Positions 9,716-19,466 of a stretch of 64,000 nucleotides of DNA are shown one piece after another. The notes beneath the pieces are model-generated. The model did no database searches, was not told where the DNA came from, and saw nothing but the letters and a program-made list of their open reading frames with translations. Made by a program: the position numbers and the translations under genes. The DNA lies in the IMG/VR virus record IMGVR_UViG_3300047313_000057, positions 32,001 through 96,000 of that record, one strand, 5' to 3'. Origin of the DNA: a virus (taxonomy: Duplodnaviria > Caudoviricetes). Numbering within the stretch: position 1 is the first letter of the stretch; every line of letters starts with the position of its first letter.

Positions 9716-10588
9716 CTATCCCGAAATAGCCGGCAAGGATTGCCCCGGCTTGGCCTGCGCCCCCTGCACGTTGGAGAACCATTCGCCGTCCGGCGTGAAC
9801 GCCTGCAGGCTGTGCTCCAGCCGCGTGATGGTCCAGGTCCCGTTGGCGGGTGTAATGACTGAGCCCTGGACCGTGATCTGCCCGCCGATCATCAGGTCGG
9901 GCGAGTAGAGCATCTTGAGGCGGATGCCTTCCGACGACCACGACGGATAGCCGACGAGGCCCTTGCCGGGCCCGGTGACGGCATTCCCCGAACGGTTGCC
10001 GTCACGCGGCCAGATCGCCAGCTTGCCGCGGTCGAGCGCCATGTAGATGTTGGCGTGCTTGGCGAGCTGAAACGCCTGATTTTTCGGACTGCCGGGCAGG
10101 TAGGGGTAGGCGATCTTGACGTTGACGTTGTTGTTCTCGAACTGCAGGCCCATGGTGCCGGCGAGCTGGCCCATGATCTGCGCGACATCCGCCGACTTGC
10201 TGTTGATGCTCGTCGGCTTGGTCACCATGCCGGCTTCGCGGCTTCCCATATGCGCCACGACATGGAACGGCACGTTGGGGCCGCCCTGAAAATCCGAATA
10301 GGCGACGAAGATGGTGCCGCGGTAGACGTGACTCATGCCGGTAAGCGCATCGCCCGCATAGACGTCGAGCTGATCGGCCCCCGGCTTCTGGACGCGCCAG
10401 CCGAGCGTCGAGAGCTGGTTCATGTGGGCGAGCGTCATGCCGTAGATCTGCACGTCGCATTGCGCGAGGCTGTTGCCGCCCATCGCCAGCGTATGGCAGA
10501 AGATGCGCATGCCGGACAGCTGGATCGGCGAGAAGGCACCGCCGCCGCTGGTGAAATTCACCTGGATGATCTTCTGGGTGAAGGCCAC
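9716..10588 (-). CDS. Baseplate hub protein
   Basis: IYGMT...MNQLS, G.I..AY.DF...P, GLVGYP, ANG.W....L.H.L....P.G.WF motifs; follows tape measure. Confidence 0.75.
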   Translation of the reverse strand: MAFTQKIIQVNFTSGGGAFSPIQLSGMRIFCHTLAMGGNSLAQCDVQIYGMTLAHMNQLSTLGWRVQKPGADQLDVYAGDALTGMSHVYRGTIFVAYSDFQGGPNVPFHVVAHMGSREAGMVTKPTSINSKSADVAQIMGQLAGTMGLQFENNNVNVKIAYPYLPGSPKNQAFQLAKHANIYMALDRGKLAIWPRDGNRSGNAVTGPGKGLVGYPSWSSEGIRLKMLYSPDLMIGGQITVQGSVITPANGTWTITRLEHSLQAFTPDGEWFSNVQGAQAKPGQSLPAISG

Positions 10589-10594
10589 AATCCG

Positions 10595-12061
10595 TCACTC
10601 GAGACTCTCATTCGCGTGAACCGCGTAGCTGCCGACGCTCAGATCCTTGGCAATCGAGGACGGCGCCTTCCCCATCGCCGTGTCGTCCGCCCGCGAATGG
10701 AACGACATGCCGCCGATCGTCACGCTGCTGTTGGTGGTGGTCGTCGTGGTCCCGGCCGGCGATGCTGCGGCGGCATTGGCCGAACGCGGCAGATTGGTGA
10801 GAGCGGTAAAATTGCTGGGCGCCTCGAGCGAGGAATGCGGGACGCCGCGCATCCAATTGCGCAGCAGATCACCGCCATTGCCCGCGTTAGGCGGCGGCGC
10901 AGGGGCGAACCGCTCATCGAATGTGCCGGGGGCCTCATTGTCCGGCGCCATGCCTCCGTTGCCGGTGCGCGGATCGATGTAGACATTCCCGGGATGCGGC
11001 GCCGGGGCAGGAACCGCGGAAGACGTTCCCGGGGCGCTGGTGAAGGGATTCCACCCCGGTGCCATTGGCCTCCCCGGATCAAACCAGCTGGGCCAGCCGG
11101 ATGAAGGAGGTGCGGGCGTCCCAGGTGAAGAGGCACCTGGTACGGGCGCCGCTGGCGCTGGCGCGCTGCTGAAGGGATTCCAGCCCGGCGCCACCGGCCG
11201 GGAGGGATCCCACTGCAGCCCGCCGGGGGCCAGCGACTTGATCCAGTCATCGATGGCTGCCGCCCCCTTGCGCAGCATCTCCAGGACTTTTTCGATGGGC
11301 TTTTCCAGATAGGTGACGAGATCGCGCGACACCGCCTCCGCCGTCTGTCCGAGCTTCGTCCATGCTTCGTTGAGCCGCCGGAACGTCTCGATGTTCGCCT
11401 GCGTCGGCGCCGTCGGGCGCGTCTCCTCAAGCCGCCGACGCAGATCCTGCGTGAACAGCCGCTGCGCCGCGACGCCATTCCAGCCAAACGCCTTGAGGTA
11501 TTCCGCCCGCTGCGCCGCCGACAGGTTCTGCCGCGCCATCGCGTCGGCGATGTCCTTGTTGAAGCGATCGAGATCGTACTGGCCGGTGCGCTCGTTGAAG
11601 TAGGTCTTCCAGTCCGGTAGGCCGAGCCGCTGGGCATAGCCGAGCCACGACGGCGCGCCGCTGGTGATGCGGGTCTTCTGCAGTTCGGACTGCTGGAACT
11701 TGAACGCCTCGCCGGCATCCCTGGCACTGCCGCCGACCCGCGCGAGCGCCTGCTCCCACAGAGCGAGCTGCTCGACGCTCATGCCGGCGACGTCGGCGAG
11801 ATTGGCGAATTCGGTGCCGGTCTGGGCGATGGTGCGGGAGGCTTCCAAGCCCTTGATGGCAGTCTCGATCGACAGGAAGGCGGCGGCGACGCTGCCAAGG
11901 AGACGCACCAGCCCGCCGAGCGCGGCGTCCCACACCTTCGACTGCCGCTCGAAGTCTTCGCGCCGCTGGCGGACGACCTGCTCGACTTCCTTGCCGGATT
12001 CGAGAAACTTCCTGATGTCCCAGCCGAGTTCCAGCGTCAGCTGATCGAGGATCGTCGGCAC
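10595..12061 (-). CDS. Tape measure-like protein 2
   Basis: MPTILD.L..ELG.D N-terminus; helical body; paralogous to the upstream gene. Confidence 0.7.
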   Translation of the reverse strand: MPTILDQLTLELGWDIRKFLESGKEVEQVVRQRREDFERQSKVWDAALGGLVRLLGSVAAAFLSIETAIKGLEASRTIAQTGTEFANLADVAGMSVEQLALWEQALARVGGSARDAGEAFKFQQSELQKTRITSGAPSWLGYAQRLGLPDWKTYFNERTGQYDLDRFNKDIADAMARQNLSAAQRAEYLKAFGWNGVAAQRLFTQDLRRRLEETRPTAPTQANIETFRRLNEAWTKLGQTAEAVSRDLVTYLEKPIEKVLEMLRKGAAAIDDWIKSLAPGGLQWDPSRPVAPGWNPFSSAPAPAAPVPGASSPGTPAPPSSGWPSWFDPGRPMAPGWNPFTSAPGTSSAVPAPAPHPGNVYIDPRTGNGGMAPDNEAPGTFDERFAPAPPPNAGNGGDLLRNWMRGVPHSSLEAPSNFTALTNLPRSANAAAASPAGTTTTTTNSSVTIGGMSFHSRADDTAMGKAPSSIAKDLSVGSYAVHANESLE

Positions 12062-13867
12062 CTAACGCGCCTTTTCATTGAGCATATCGGGCGCATATTT
12101 GCGCTTCAGATAATCGACATAGTTGTCCACCTGCTGATGCCGCGCCGCCTCAGCGTCCGGCTGCGGCATCGACAGCTGCCGGCCGATTTCCTGCTTCACG
12201 TCCTTGGCAATGCCGGCCGCGTCGGTCGCCGACGTATTGACCGTGACATGGTTGACGACGGCTGACGTCTCGTTGTTGATCGTGCGGTTCTCCGGTCCGG
12301 GCGCCATCGCCGCCGCGGCGGCGCCGGTCGCAACGTTCGGAATGGCAGACAGCGGCGCATCGATGCGCTTGAGCGGATATCTGAAGGGGCCTTCCCTGAA
12401 ATAGCTCTCGGAGGTTCCTCGCGCCGCCGGCAGCGTATAGCCGGGCGTGCCGCGCGCGAACTGCCGCGCCGCGACGCCCGCCGACGCATTGCCGGTCATC
12501 GCGCCCTTGCCGGGCTGCGAGGACAGATCCGATCCCTTCAGCACCGGCTCAAGAATGTCGCGCTTGAACCGTTCCACCTCGGCGGCCGTCACCGGATGAT
12601 AGGTATCGGCCGCATAGTAGCCGCGTCCCGGATCCTCGGAGACCGAAAGCAATGCCTGCTGCAGGGAATGTCCGCGCGACTGCGCCCGGTTGAACGCCGT
12701 TTCCAATTGCACGATCTTGGTCGATGACGGCGCGGTGTCGCCGACCTCTCCCTTGACCATGCTGGCCATCTTGGTGATCAGCGATGGATTTTCCTCGATT
12801 TCTCTCAAGAATTGCGATCGATCGATGCCGCCGACGACCCGTCCGGCATCGTCGCGCTTGAATTCTGGCACCGGCCCGAGATTAGTGATCGAACGGCCGG
12901 GGGCCGCGGAACCACGAGAGCTGAGGCCGCCGCCGCGTGACGGCCGGAAACCGCCGAATCCCGAACGCCGTCCGATCATGGGAGGAGGAGCAGCAGGCAC
13001 GGACGCTGGTGCAGGCGCAATTCCTGACCCGATCAGTGACCGCTCGACCCGGTCCAGCCATTCCAGGGCGATTTTGATGCCATCGAGCACCTTGTTGAGC
13101 AGCGGTTCCATCAAGGTGACGAGATCGCGGAGCGTCGCCGTTGACAGCTGCTCCAGGGTCGCAAACTTCTCCTTCAGCCGCTCCGCCGCCCCGACCTGCT
13201 CAGGCGTTGGCGCCGTCCCGAGCGTCTCGATCTCCTTCAACTGCCGCTGCAGTTCTTGAGGCTTGGTCAGCACCGACAGCGTCTCGGGGGAGAGCGGCAG
13301 GCCCGGCAAGAATTGCTTCAGCGCCATCGGCGGCAGCCCCTGCGCCCGCCGGCTGACCTCCAGCAGGGTCTCGTCGGGACTGCGGCGCAGGATCTCCGTC
13401 GCGCTCATCCTGAAGGGCTCAAGGCCGAGCCGCGTCATCCATTCGGGCGGCGTGCCGCCCATCTGCGCCTGGGTGATGTCGGAGCGCATGGCGGCAAGCA
13501 CCGATCGCACGTCGCCAGCCGCGCCGCCGGTGCGTTCCAGCGCCTGCTCCAGCGCGCCCACCCGGCCCGCCGCCACGCCCGCGGCCTCCGAAAACCGTCC
13601 GAGCGAGGTGCCGGCATCCGCCACGTCCACCACCATGCGGCGGAAGCCCTCGAAGCTCAGCACGATCCCCATCAGCCCGGCGACGTAGCGCAGCGCCGTG
13701 TTGATGCTCTCGCCGATGTTCTTCGTGAGCCGCTCGATGTCGTCGCCCTGCTGCTTGAGCCGCGCCTTCACGCGCTCGATCTCGCGCGTCGCCGCATCGC
13801 CGCCGCGCATGACGCCGGAGCCGTCGATCGCCACTTGGATCGAGATGAGATCGGAGACCGTCGGCAC
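12062..13867 (-). CDS. Tape measure-like protein 1 with putative cell-wall hydrolase domain
   Basis: Directly after the tail chaperone; helical N-half; GEVG...ETAFNRA segment resembles SleB/Hydrolase_2. Confidence 0.7.
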   Translation of the reverse strand: MPTVSDLISIQVAIDGSGVMRGGDAATREIERVKARLKQQGDDIERLTKNIGESINTALRYVAGLMGIVLSFEGFRRMVVDVADAGTSLGRFSEAAGVAAGRVGALEQALERTGGAAGDVRSVLAAMRSDITQAQMGGTPPEWMTRLGLEPFRMSATEILRRSPDETLLEVSRRAQGLPPMALKQFLPGLPLSPETLSVLTKPQELQRQLKEIETLGTAPTPEQVGAAERLKEKFATLEQLSTATLRDLVTLMEPLLNKVLDGIKIALEWLDRVERSLIGSGIAPAPASVPAAPPPMIGRRSGFGGFRPSRGGGLSSRGSAAPGRSITNLGPVPEFKRDDAGRVVGGIDRSQFLREIEENPSLITKMASMVKGEVGDTAPSSTKIVQLETAFNRAQSRGHSLQQALLSVSEDPGRGYYAADTYHPVTAAEVERFKRDILEPVLKGSDLSSQPGKGAMTGNASAGVAARQFARGTPGYTLPAARGTSESYFREGPFRYPLKRIDAPLSAIPNVATGAAAAAMAPGPENRTINNETSAVVNHVTVNTSATDAAGIAKDVKQEIGRQLSMPQPDAEAARHQQVDNYVDYLKRKYAPDMLNEKAR

Positions 13868-13868
13868 T

Positions 13869-14129
13869 CTATTTGCTCTTCTGCATCGCCCGCTTGTTGA
13901 GCAGCCGTTTGTTGTAGTTGTCGACCTGGGTGATCTCCAGCATCACGTAGACGTCCTCGACGGAATACCACTCGTCGAGCTCCCGGAGAGTCGCCTTCCC
14001 GGCGGAGATCGCCGCGGCGATGGCGTTGCCATAGATGGCGCGGACGTTGTCGTACTCGGCGATTCCCCTGACGTCGATGTCGTCGTCGATGTCGGCGAGG
14101 TCGACAGGACGCCAGGCAAGGAAAAACCC
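13869..14129 (-). CDS. Frameshifted C-terminal extension of tail assembly chaperone (gpGT-like)
   Basis: -1 frame after GGGTTTT encodes ATLRELD..YSVED...MLEI..VDNYN and ends 2 nt before the tape measure start. Confidence 0.75.
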   Translation of the reverse strand, partial: GFFLAWRPVDLADIDDDIDVRGIAEYDNVRAIYGNAIAAAISAGKATLRELDEWYSVEDVYVMLEITQVDNYNKRLLNKRAMQKSK

Positions 14130-14527
14130 GAGTGCAGCGCGAACACCTCCGCGCGCAACTTCACCATGGTGGCGATCTCGTCGATGTCGGATCCCTCGCC
14201 GTCGGGACCGCCCCAGTAGAGCGGCCGGGTGATCTCGGGGTGCTTGGGATCGGGCTGGAGGGTCACGCACTGCCACATTTCGTCAAGGAGAGGCTGCACC
14301 TCGTCGAACGACAGCTTGGACAGCGCCTGGAACCCGAGATAGGCGATGCCCGCCCAGCCGGCGCCCTCCGCATTGGCCGGCATCTCCACGCCCGAACGGG
14401 CAAGGGCTAAGAGCGCGCGGGTCGCCCACCGCTCCGCCTGGGCGGCGGGCGCCTCCTTGAGGACGAAGACCTTGCCGCGATCGCGGCCTTCGTCGGTGAT
14501 GGTGACAACGGCGGTTTTTCGTGCCAA
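13943..14527 (-). CDS. Tail assembly chaperone (gpG-like)
   Basis: TTG start with AGGAGG; GRD.GK.F.L.E.PA.QAE.WA.RA and I.E..T...LR.EV..LH.GF motifs. Confidence 0.8.
   Translation of the reverse strand: MARKTAVVTITDEGRDRGKVFVLKEAPAAQAERWATRALLALARSGVEMPANAEGAGWAGIAYLGFQALSKLSFDEVQPLLDEMWQCVTLQPDPKHPEITRPLYWGGPDGEGSDIDEIATMVKLRAEVFALHSGFSLPGVLSTSPTSTTTSTSGESPSTTTSAPSMATPSPRRSPPGRRLSGSSTSGIPSRTST
14123..14129 (-). promoter_or_regulatory. -1 programmed ribosomal frameshift slippery site G GGT TTT
   Basis: X XXY YYZ heptamer in the chaperone frame; the -1 frame is open to 13869. Confidence 0.8.
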
Positions 14528-14560
14528 ATGGCCTCCTGAATTTTAGGGGAACTGCACGAT

Positions 14561-14749
14561 ATGACAGATCGCGAATATACATGCGCCCACTGCGGCGGCA
14601 CGTTCAAAAGAGGCTGGTCTGAAGAAGAAGCATTGGCCGAGAAGCAGCAGCTTTGGGGCGACCTTCCCTTGGAAGAGTGCGCGCAGTTATGCGACGACTG
14701 CTTCGTTGAATTCAACAAGTGGCTACGTGAAAAAGAAGGCCATGGATGA
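14561..14749 (+). CDS. Small antisense zinc-ribbon protein
   Basis: CAHC...CDDC; AGGGGA RBS. Confidence 0.65.
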   Translation: MTDREYTCAHCGGTFKRGWSEEEALAEKQQLWGDLPLEECAQLCDDCFVEFNKWLREKEGHG

Positions 14750-14951
14750 CGCAATCGAACATCTTGCGAAAAGGCTCCATTGGAAAATGGAACACCTTGA
14801 TCCGACGGAGGATCCTGATTGGGATTTGCTGACCGAACGCCAGCGGGATTTTTACCGCCTTTGCATCAAGTCGCTTCTTGCCGAAAGATCGGCAATAGAG
14901 GAAGCGTTGCAACTTACTGCACCGGCCCCGGCGTCACCGCTTGCCACGTGA
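14742..14951 (+). CDS. Small antisense hypothetical protein
   Basis: Overlaps the previous gene's end; W..L...QR..YR pattern common in small phage proteins. Confidence 0.55.
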   Translation: MDDAIEHLAKRLHWKMEHLDPTEDPDWDLLTERQRDFYRLCIKSLLAERSAIEEALQLTAPAPASPLAT

Positions 14952-15378
14952 TCCCGTACCGTCGCGGCTGCAGCAGCTTCCGCACGTCGGCGAGCGGGTG
15001 ATAGGTCGTCAGCGACCCGTTGACGAGCGCATACTTCGTCTGGATCGTGGTCAGGATGACGACGCCTTGCGCTAGGAACACGTCCTTCGTCACCTGCATC
15101 GAATTCCACCACGCATCGAACAGCGCATTGCTCACGGAATCCGCCTGCAGGGTGATGGTCTGCCGCACCGGCACGTAGACGAAGCCCGCGGAAAGGATCC
15201 CGTCGACGCCCATCAGAGTCTCGACGGAGGCGAGCGGCTCAGTCGCGAAGGCATCGTCCGCGGCGAAGCCCTGCAGCTGGACCGGCGCGGCGAACAGCGT
15301 CGGCGACACCTGCGGCGCAAAGGCGGGCGGGGCGATCTGGAGCGTAAAGACGGCGTTGGCGCCGGTGATGGTGCCCAC
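14914..15378 (-). CDS. Tail tube protein
   Basis: GTG start with AGGAG; TIT.ANA, LQGFAADD.F, MGVDG.LSAGFV, TITLQADS motifs. Confidence 0.85.
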   Translation of the reverse strand: MGTITGANAVFTLQIAPPAFAPQVSPTLFAAPVQLQGFAADDAFATEPLASVETLMGVDGILSAGFVYVPVRQTITLQADSVSNALFDAWWNSMQVTKDVFLAQGVVILTTIQTKYALVNGSLTTYHPLADVRKLLQPRRYGITWQAVTPGPVQ

Positions 15379-15426
15379 GGGGGAAACTCCTGTTAGAAGA
15401 GCAGCAGAAATCGGAAAGGAATCGTC

Positions 15427-15831
15427 ATGGCGCGCTTTCACACGCCGACCGTCGAAGAGGAAAAATGTTGGCAGGACTGGATTTCAGGGCGTCCCGCTGC
15501 GATGCGCGAGATCCTGCACCGGATCGATCCGTGGACGCTTTACCGCTTGAAGCCGACCGGCCAGCGCGTGACATTTCGCTCGGTTTTTGAGGATGGCACG
15601 CTGAGCGTCTATGTATCGGCAGAATTCAACGCGCTTGCATTCGAACGGTCAGTGTTTGGAATCAAGTTGGACGATCTCGAAGAATGCGATCTGCCGGAAG
15701 CTCGCGAACCCGTCGGCGCGCTTCTGACAGATCAGGAGGTCGGAGAAAATATCGACCTCCTACGTGTTACTATCCGTCCCGATCTTTGGGAGATGGGACC
15801 GGATGGCAAAGCGCAGCGAAAGAACAACTGA
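15427..15831 (+). CDS. Antisense hypothetical protein (134 aa)
   Basis: GGAAAGGA RBS; lies between tube and sheath. Confidence 0.65.
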   Translation: MARFHTPTVEEEKCWQDWISGRPAAMREILHRIDPWTLYRLKPTGQRVTFRSVFEDGTLSVYVSAEFNALAFERSVFGIKLDDLEECDLPEAREPVGALLTDQEVGENIDLLRVTIRPDLWEMGPDGKAQRKNN

Positions 15832-15846
15832 GCGTCAGAAACCCCG

Positions 15847-16161
15847 ATGAACAGATCGAACACGACCAACAGCATCGGCGGTGCCGGCGGAACCTTCGAC
15901 GATCACGATTCAATGGAAGACTTCGACGCTCTTCCGCCTGCCATCCGCGAATGGATGCGCTACGCCATCATGCAGTGGAGCGCTCGCTACGTGCGCACGA
16001 CGATTCTTCCGTATGCGGCCCATCACGCGTCGGGCCGCGCCACCGAGGCCGTGCTGAATTACCTGGACTTCGACAACAGGAAGACGCACGACGAAGCATC
16101 GCGCGCCGGCATCGTGCCGATGCAGAACACGCTCCGCGTCGAGCGGATCAAAGGACGTTGA
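15847..16161 (+). CDS. Antisense hypothetical protein (DUF6525-like)
   Basis: M..FD.LPP.IR.W...A...WS motif. Confidence 0.55.
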   Translation: MNRSNTTNSIGGAGGTFDDHDSMEDFDALPPAIREWMRYAIMQWSARYVRTTILPYAAHHASGRATEAVLNYLDFDNRKTHDEASRAGIVPMQNTLRVERIKGR

Positions 16162-18112
16162 TCGAGTTCATCACGATTTTTTGCACGCTCTGTCCGTCCA
16201 TGTACCAGAAATTCATCTGCGGCGAACCGCGCGCCTGCCTCACCGCAACGCCAGGGTCATTGATCTGCAAATACCATCCGCGCTGATTTAGCGTCTGGGC
16301 GATGTTCAGCCCCGCCATCGAGTTGACCTCGGCCTGTTCCGTCTGCGACAGCGTCACGCCGGCGCGGAACGCCCCAAAGTTTCCCGCCGCGGTGATGACC
16401 GTCGAGCACGCCGCGTCGATCAGCCCATAGCCCGCCGGATTGAAGGGGATCGAATAGACCTGCTGGAGGAGCTGCATCAGCGTGAGCTGGAAGTTCGAGT
16501 TCATCCAGATCTGGTTGACGTAGCTGTCGAGCCACAGGAACGGCCCCGACACGCTTCCCGGATAGAAGAACACGAAGTTCGATGCCGCGGTCGCATAGGC
16601 CCCATGGAAATTGTAGCCGTTGGCGATGAGGTTCGCGGCGACCGTCGCGTTGGTCACGTCGGCCGTGAGCCCGGCCTGCGACTTGAAGGCAAAGGTGATG
16701 CGGCCGTTCAGCTGGGTGAAGTTGATCGAGGCTGCCGCCCCCGAGACGAAGCACTGTTTGAGGGTGTCGCTCGGCTGCCAGATCAGGCAGGTGCCGGTGT
16801 AGTTGCCCTGCTGGAGCGCAAAGCCGTAGCTGCCGGTGGCCGGCACGGTGATCGTGGGGCTGGGATCCGTATCCCAGGTGATGAAGGCATAAGCCTGGTT
16901 TTGCGGCGACTGCGACGCCCACAGACTGAACAGCAGTTTCTGTGCCCCGCCCGGCACGCCGAAGTCCGGGTCGAACGCCGTCATGAACGTCGCCCAGTTC
17001 TGGGTGATCGCGGTCACCGACGCCATGAACGCCCCGGGCGTCATCGGGTTGGCGCCCTGGCTGAGTACGGCGCTGGTCGCCGCGGTCCACGACAGCAATG
17101 TCGCCGCGCCACCGGTCGCGAAGGCCGCCGTCGAGGCTGCGCCGGTCACGCCGGAGGTGAGCACCAGCGCGCCCGACACCGAATCGAATGTCACGGTGAC
17201 CGGCGTCGGCTGCCCCGTCAGGGCGATCGATCCGACCGTCTGCGAGTTGTTGACGTAGTAGGTCCCGACCGTCCCCACGGCCGTGCCGAGTTGGGTGATG
17301 AGCGTGCCCGCACTGGGTGCCGCGCCGGTGCCAACCACAGTCTGTCCCACGCTGAGCGTACCGGCCGTGATCGCCGTGATATTGAGGACGCCGTAGGCTT
17401 CCGTCAGCGCCGTGCCGGTCACCGCCTGGGCGACGCTCACGGCATAGGTGCCGGTGCCCCCGGGCGCGGTTCCCGTCTGCGTCAGCTGTCCGGTGATGAG
17501 CGTGTTCGCCGCGACCCCGCCGGCCGTGCCCATGACGCCGCCGGTGACGATGATGCCGCCCGCGACCGCCGTTACGGTCAGCACGTTGCCCTGGATCGAT
17601 CCGGTAAAGCTCGCAGTTCCGGGCCCGATGCTGCCGGTGCAGGAGGCAAGCGTCGCCGGCCCGGTGTTGAGCGTCGTCGCAATCAGCGCGCCGGCCGCGG
17701 AGAAGCTCGTCGCCGACGACAGGTTGATGGTGCCGGAACGGGTGTAGCCGTCGACCGTGACGGAGAGCGCGCCGGAGATGCCCTGCAATTGCGGGACGGT
17801 CAGGGTAGAGATGTTGCCGCCGCGCATGTAGGCGGCAACCTGGGTGCACGGCATTTGCGCGAACAACAGGGCCTGTGGTACGCCCGAGGCTCCGGTAAAT
17901 CCGGTGAAATAGACGCCCGCCATCAGCGCCTCGTGGGCGCTGGCGCCGAAATAGGTGTTGACCGAAGTCGCCAGCGGGAAGCTCAGCACCTGCCCGATCG
18001 GCACGCGGGTGTTCTGCGTGACGACAAGGCCGATGACCTGGAGCTGGTTGCCGACGGCGCCGAGGACGCTCGGCAAAACCTGGACGATTTGTGATGCCGG
18101 GATGGTCGCCAA
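16148..18112 (-). CDS. Contractile tail sheath protein (DUF3383)
   Basis: TIPAS.IV.V.P.VL, QNWATF.T, GRITFAFKSQ.GL, WLDSY.NQIW, R.SP...FWY.DG.SVQ. Confidence 0.9.
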   Translation of the reverse strand: MATIPASQIVQVLPSVLGAVGNQLQVIGLVVTQNTRVPIGQVLSFPLATSVNTYFGASAHEALMAGVYFTGFTGASGVPQALLFAQMPCTQVAAYMRGGNISTLTVPQLQGISGALSVTVDGYTRSGTINLSSATSFSAAGALIATTLNTGPATLASCTGSIGPGTASFTGSIQGNVLTVTAVAGGIIVTGGVMGTAGGVAANTLITGQLTQTGTAPGGTGTYAVSVAQAVTGTALTEAYGVLNITAITAGTLSVGQTVVGTGAAPSAGTLITQLGTAVGTVGTYYVNNSQTVGSIALTGQPTPVTVTFDSVSGALVLTSGVTGAASTAAFATGGAATLLSWTAATSAVLSQGANPMTPGAFMASVTAITQNWATFMTAFDPDFGVPGGAQKLLFSLWASQSPQNQAYAFITWDTDPSPTITVPATGSYGFALQQGNYTGTCLIWQPSDTLKQCFVSGAAASINFTQLNGRITFAFKSQAGLTADVTNATVAANLIANGYNFHGAYATAASNFVFFYPGSVSGPFLWLDSYVNQIWMNSNFQLTLMQLLQQVYSIPFNPAGYGLIDAACSTVITAAGNFGAFRAGVTLSQTEQAEVNSMAGLNIAQTLNQRGWYLQINDPGVAVRQARGSPQMNFWYMDGQSVQKIVMNSINVL

Positions 18113-18145
18113 GACGTATTACTCCCCTAGACGGAGGTAAAGCTC

Positions 18146-18361
18146 ATGAAGATGTCAGACGTGAAGGTCGGGATGCGGCTGCGGTCTCATTTCAGCGATG
18201 TCGGCGGCGACGTCACCGTGACAGCATTGACGCAGCGCGGTTTCGTATATCGCTACGACGCACCTGTGTGCGTTAATCCGCGGCTCGGAATCGTATGGGC
18301 GGCGGAAGGCCATGAGCATTTCGGCTGCAATGGCGAAGCGCTTTACGAACCAGCCGGATGA
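18146..18361 (+). CDS. Small antisense hypothetical protein
   Basis: GGAGGT RBS; MK.SDVKVGMR SH3-like start. Confidence 0.6.
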   Translation: MKMSDVKVGMRLRSHFSDVGGDVTVTALTQRGFVYRYDAPVCVNPRLGIVWAAEGHEHFGCNGEALYEPAG

Positions 18362-18362
18362 A

Positions 18363-18602
18363 CTACCGCGTCACGTTCTCCGCCACGAGGCGGCGGTCCG
18401 CCCCCTGCCGGATCCAGTAGTCTTTTCCGGGATCGTGCGGGGAATAGACGACGTAGGAGCCGAACGCGGGCGGGATGAAATGATTCTCCGGCCACAGCAC
18501 GACGATCGGCTGATTGCGCAGCACGCCCCAGGTCATGTAATCTGCCTTTATCTCGCGGCGGCGGAGCAAGTTCTGCAGGACGAACTCCGCTGGCAGAAGC
18601 AC
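18363..18602 (-). CDS. Hypothetical protein
   Basis: 79-aa ORF filling a gap. Confidence 0.4.
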   Translation of the reverse strand: MLLPAEFVLQNLLRRREIKADYMTWGVLRNQPIVVLWPENHFIPPAFGSYVVYSPHDPGKDYWIRQGADRRLVAENVTR

Positions 18603-18668
18603 AACGGGTCGGCAAACCCGGGCCGTGTTATGTCTGAGGTCACTGCCGGCCTTGCCGCGAGAACCTCT

Positions 18669-19466
18669 TTAACTCTGCGCTACTGGAGAGACATCCGCCT
18701 CCAGCAGCGTCATGACCAGCGTATCGGCGAAGTCGCGCGCCACCGTCACGACGGCGTTGGTTTGGACGCAGCAATCCACCGTCCAGCGGTATTCGTATTG
18801 TTGCTCGGCGTTGACGAACGCATGCTGCGTCGGCTCGTCGGCATAGAGGCTCATCATCCCGACATACTTCTGCGGCAGCGTTCCGCCGAACGGAATCGGT
18901 CCCCATCCTGGCGGCGCGGTGCCGAATGCCGAGAACGCATCGACAGCATACTGATCGCGAAACAGCGTCGAGATGATATGCGCATTGTCCGTCGAGTTCG
19001 GCCCATGCACGTCGCACTGGATCGTCAACTCGATAGGCTCAAGTGCGAGAAATACACCAGTGGCCATCTTCGCGCTGGGAAACGCGCCGATCGTCCCCGA
19101 GAGCTGATAGGTCCCGACGCCGCCGGTCCCGCTCAGCGATCCCGACACGAATGTTGACGGCGGAATGCCGACGCCGAGCAACTGATTTCCGACCGCCACA
19201 ACACCGTGCAACATCTGCGAGATCGAGAGCACGCCCGCCGTACTGATGCTGGCGATGAAGGCACAGTCGGCAAAGACATCCACATTAAAACTTAATCTTG
19301 ACTGGTGGATGGGCGTCATCACGACGAAGTCGGGCGTCGCCGGCTCCGCGACGCGATTGTCTTGGCCTTTTACCACTTCGCAGGGAGGCGGCAGGATGCC
19401 GAGCAGGAAGCTCCGCATCGCCGTGAGGACGGCTGAGTTGTTGAAGTTGACGGACGGGAGCGTCAC
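18669..19466 (-). CDS. Neck/tail terminator protein with Ser/Thr-rich insert
   Basis: GQDNRV.EP...FVVMTP, Q.DVHGP, LYADEP....F.N.EQQYE.RW motifs; upstream of sheath. Confidence 0.8.
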   Translation of the reverse strand: MTLPSVNFNNSAVLTAMRSFLLGILPPPCEVVKGQDNRVAEPATPDFVVMTPIHQSRLSFNVDVFADCAFIASISTAGVLSISQMLHGVVAVGNQLLGVGIPPSTFVSGSLSGTGGVGTYQLSGTIGAFPSAKMATGVFLALEPIELTIQCDVHGPNSTDNAHIISTLFRDQYAVDAFSAFGTAPPGWGPIPFGGTLPQKYVGMMSLYADEPTQHAFVNAEQQYEYRWTVDCCVQTNAVVTVARDFADTLVMTLLEADVSPVAQS

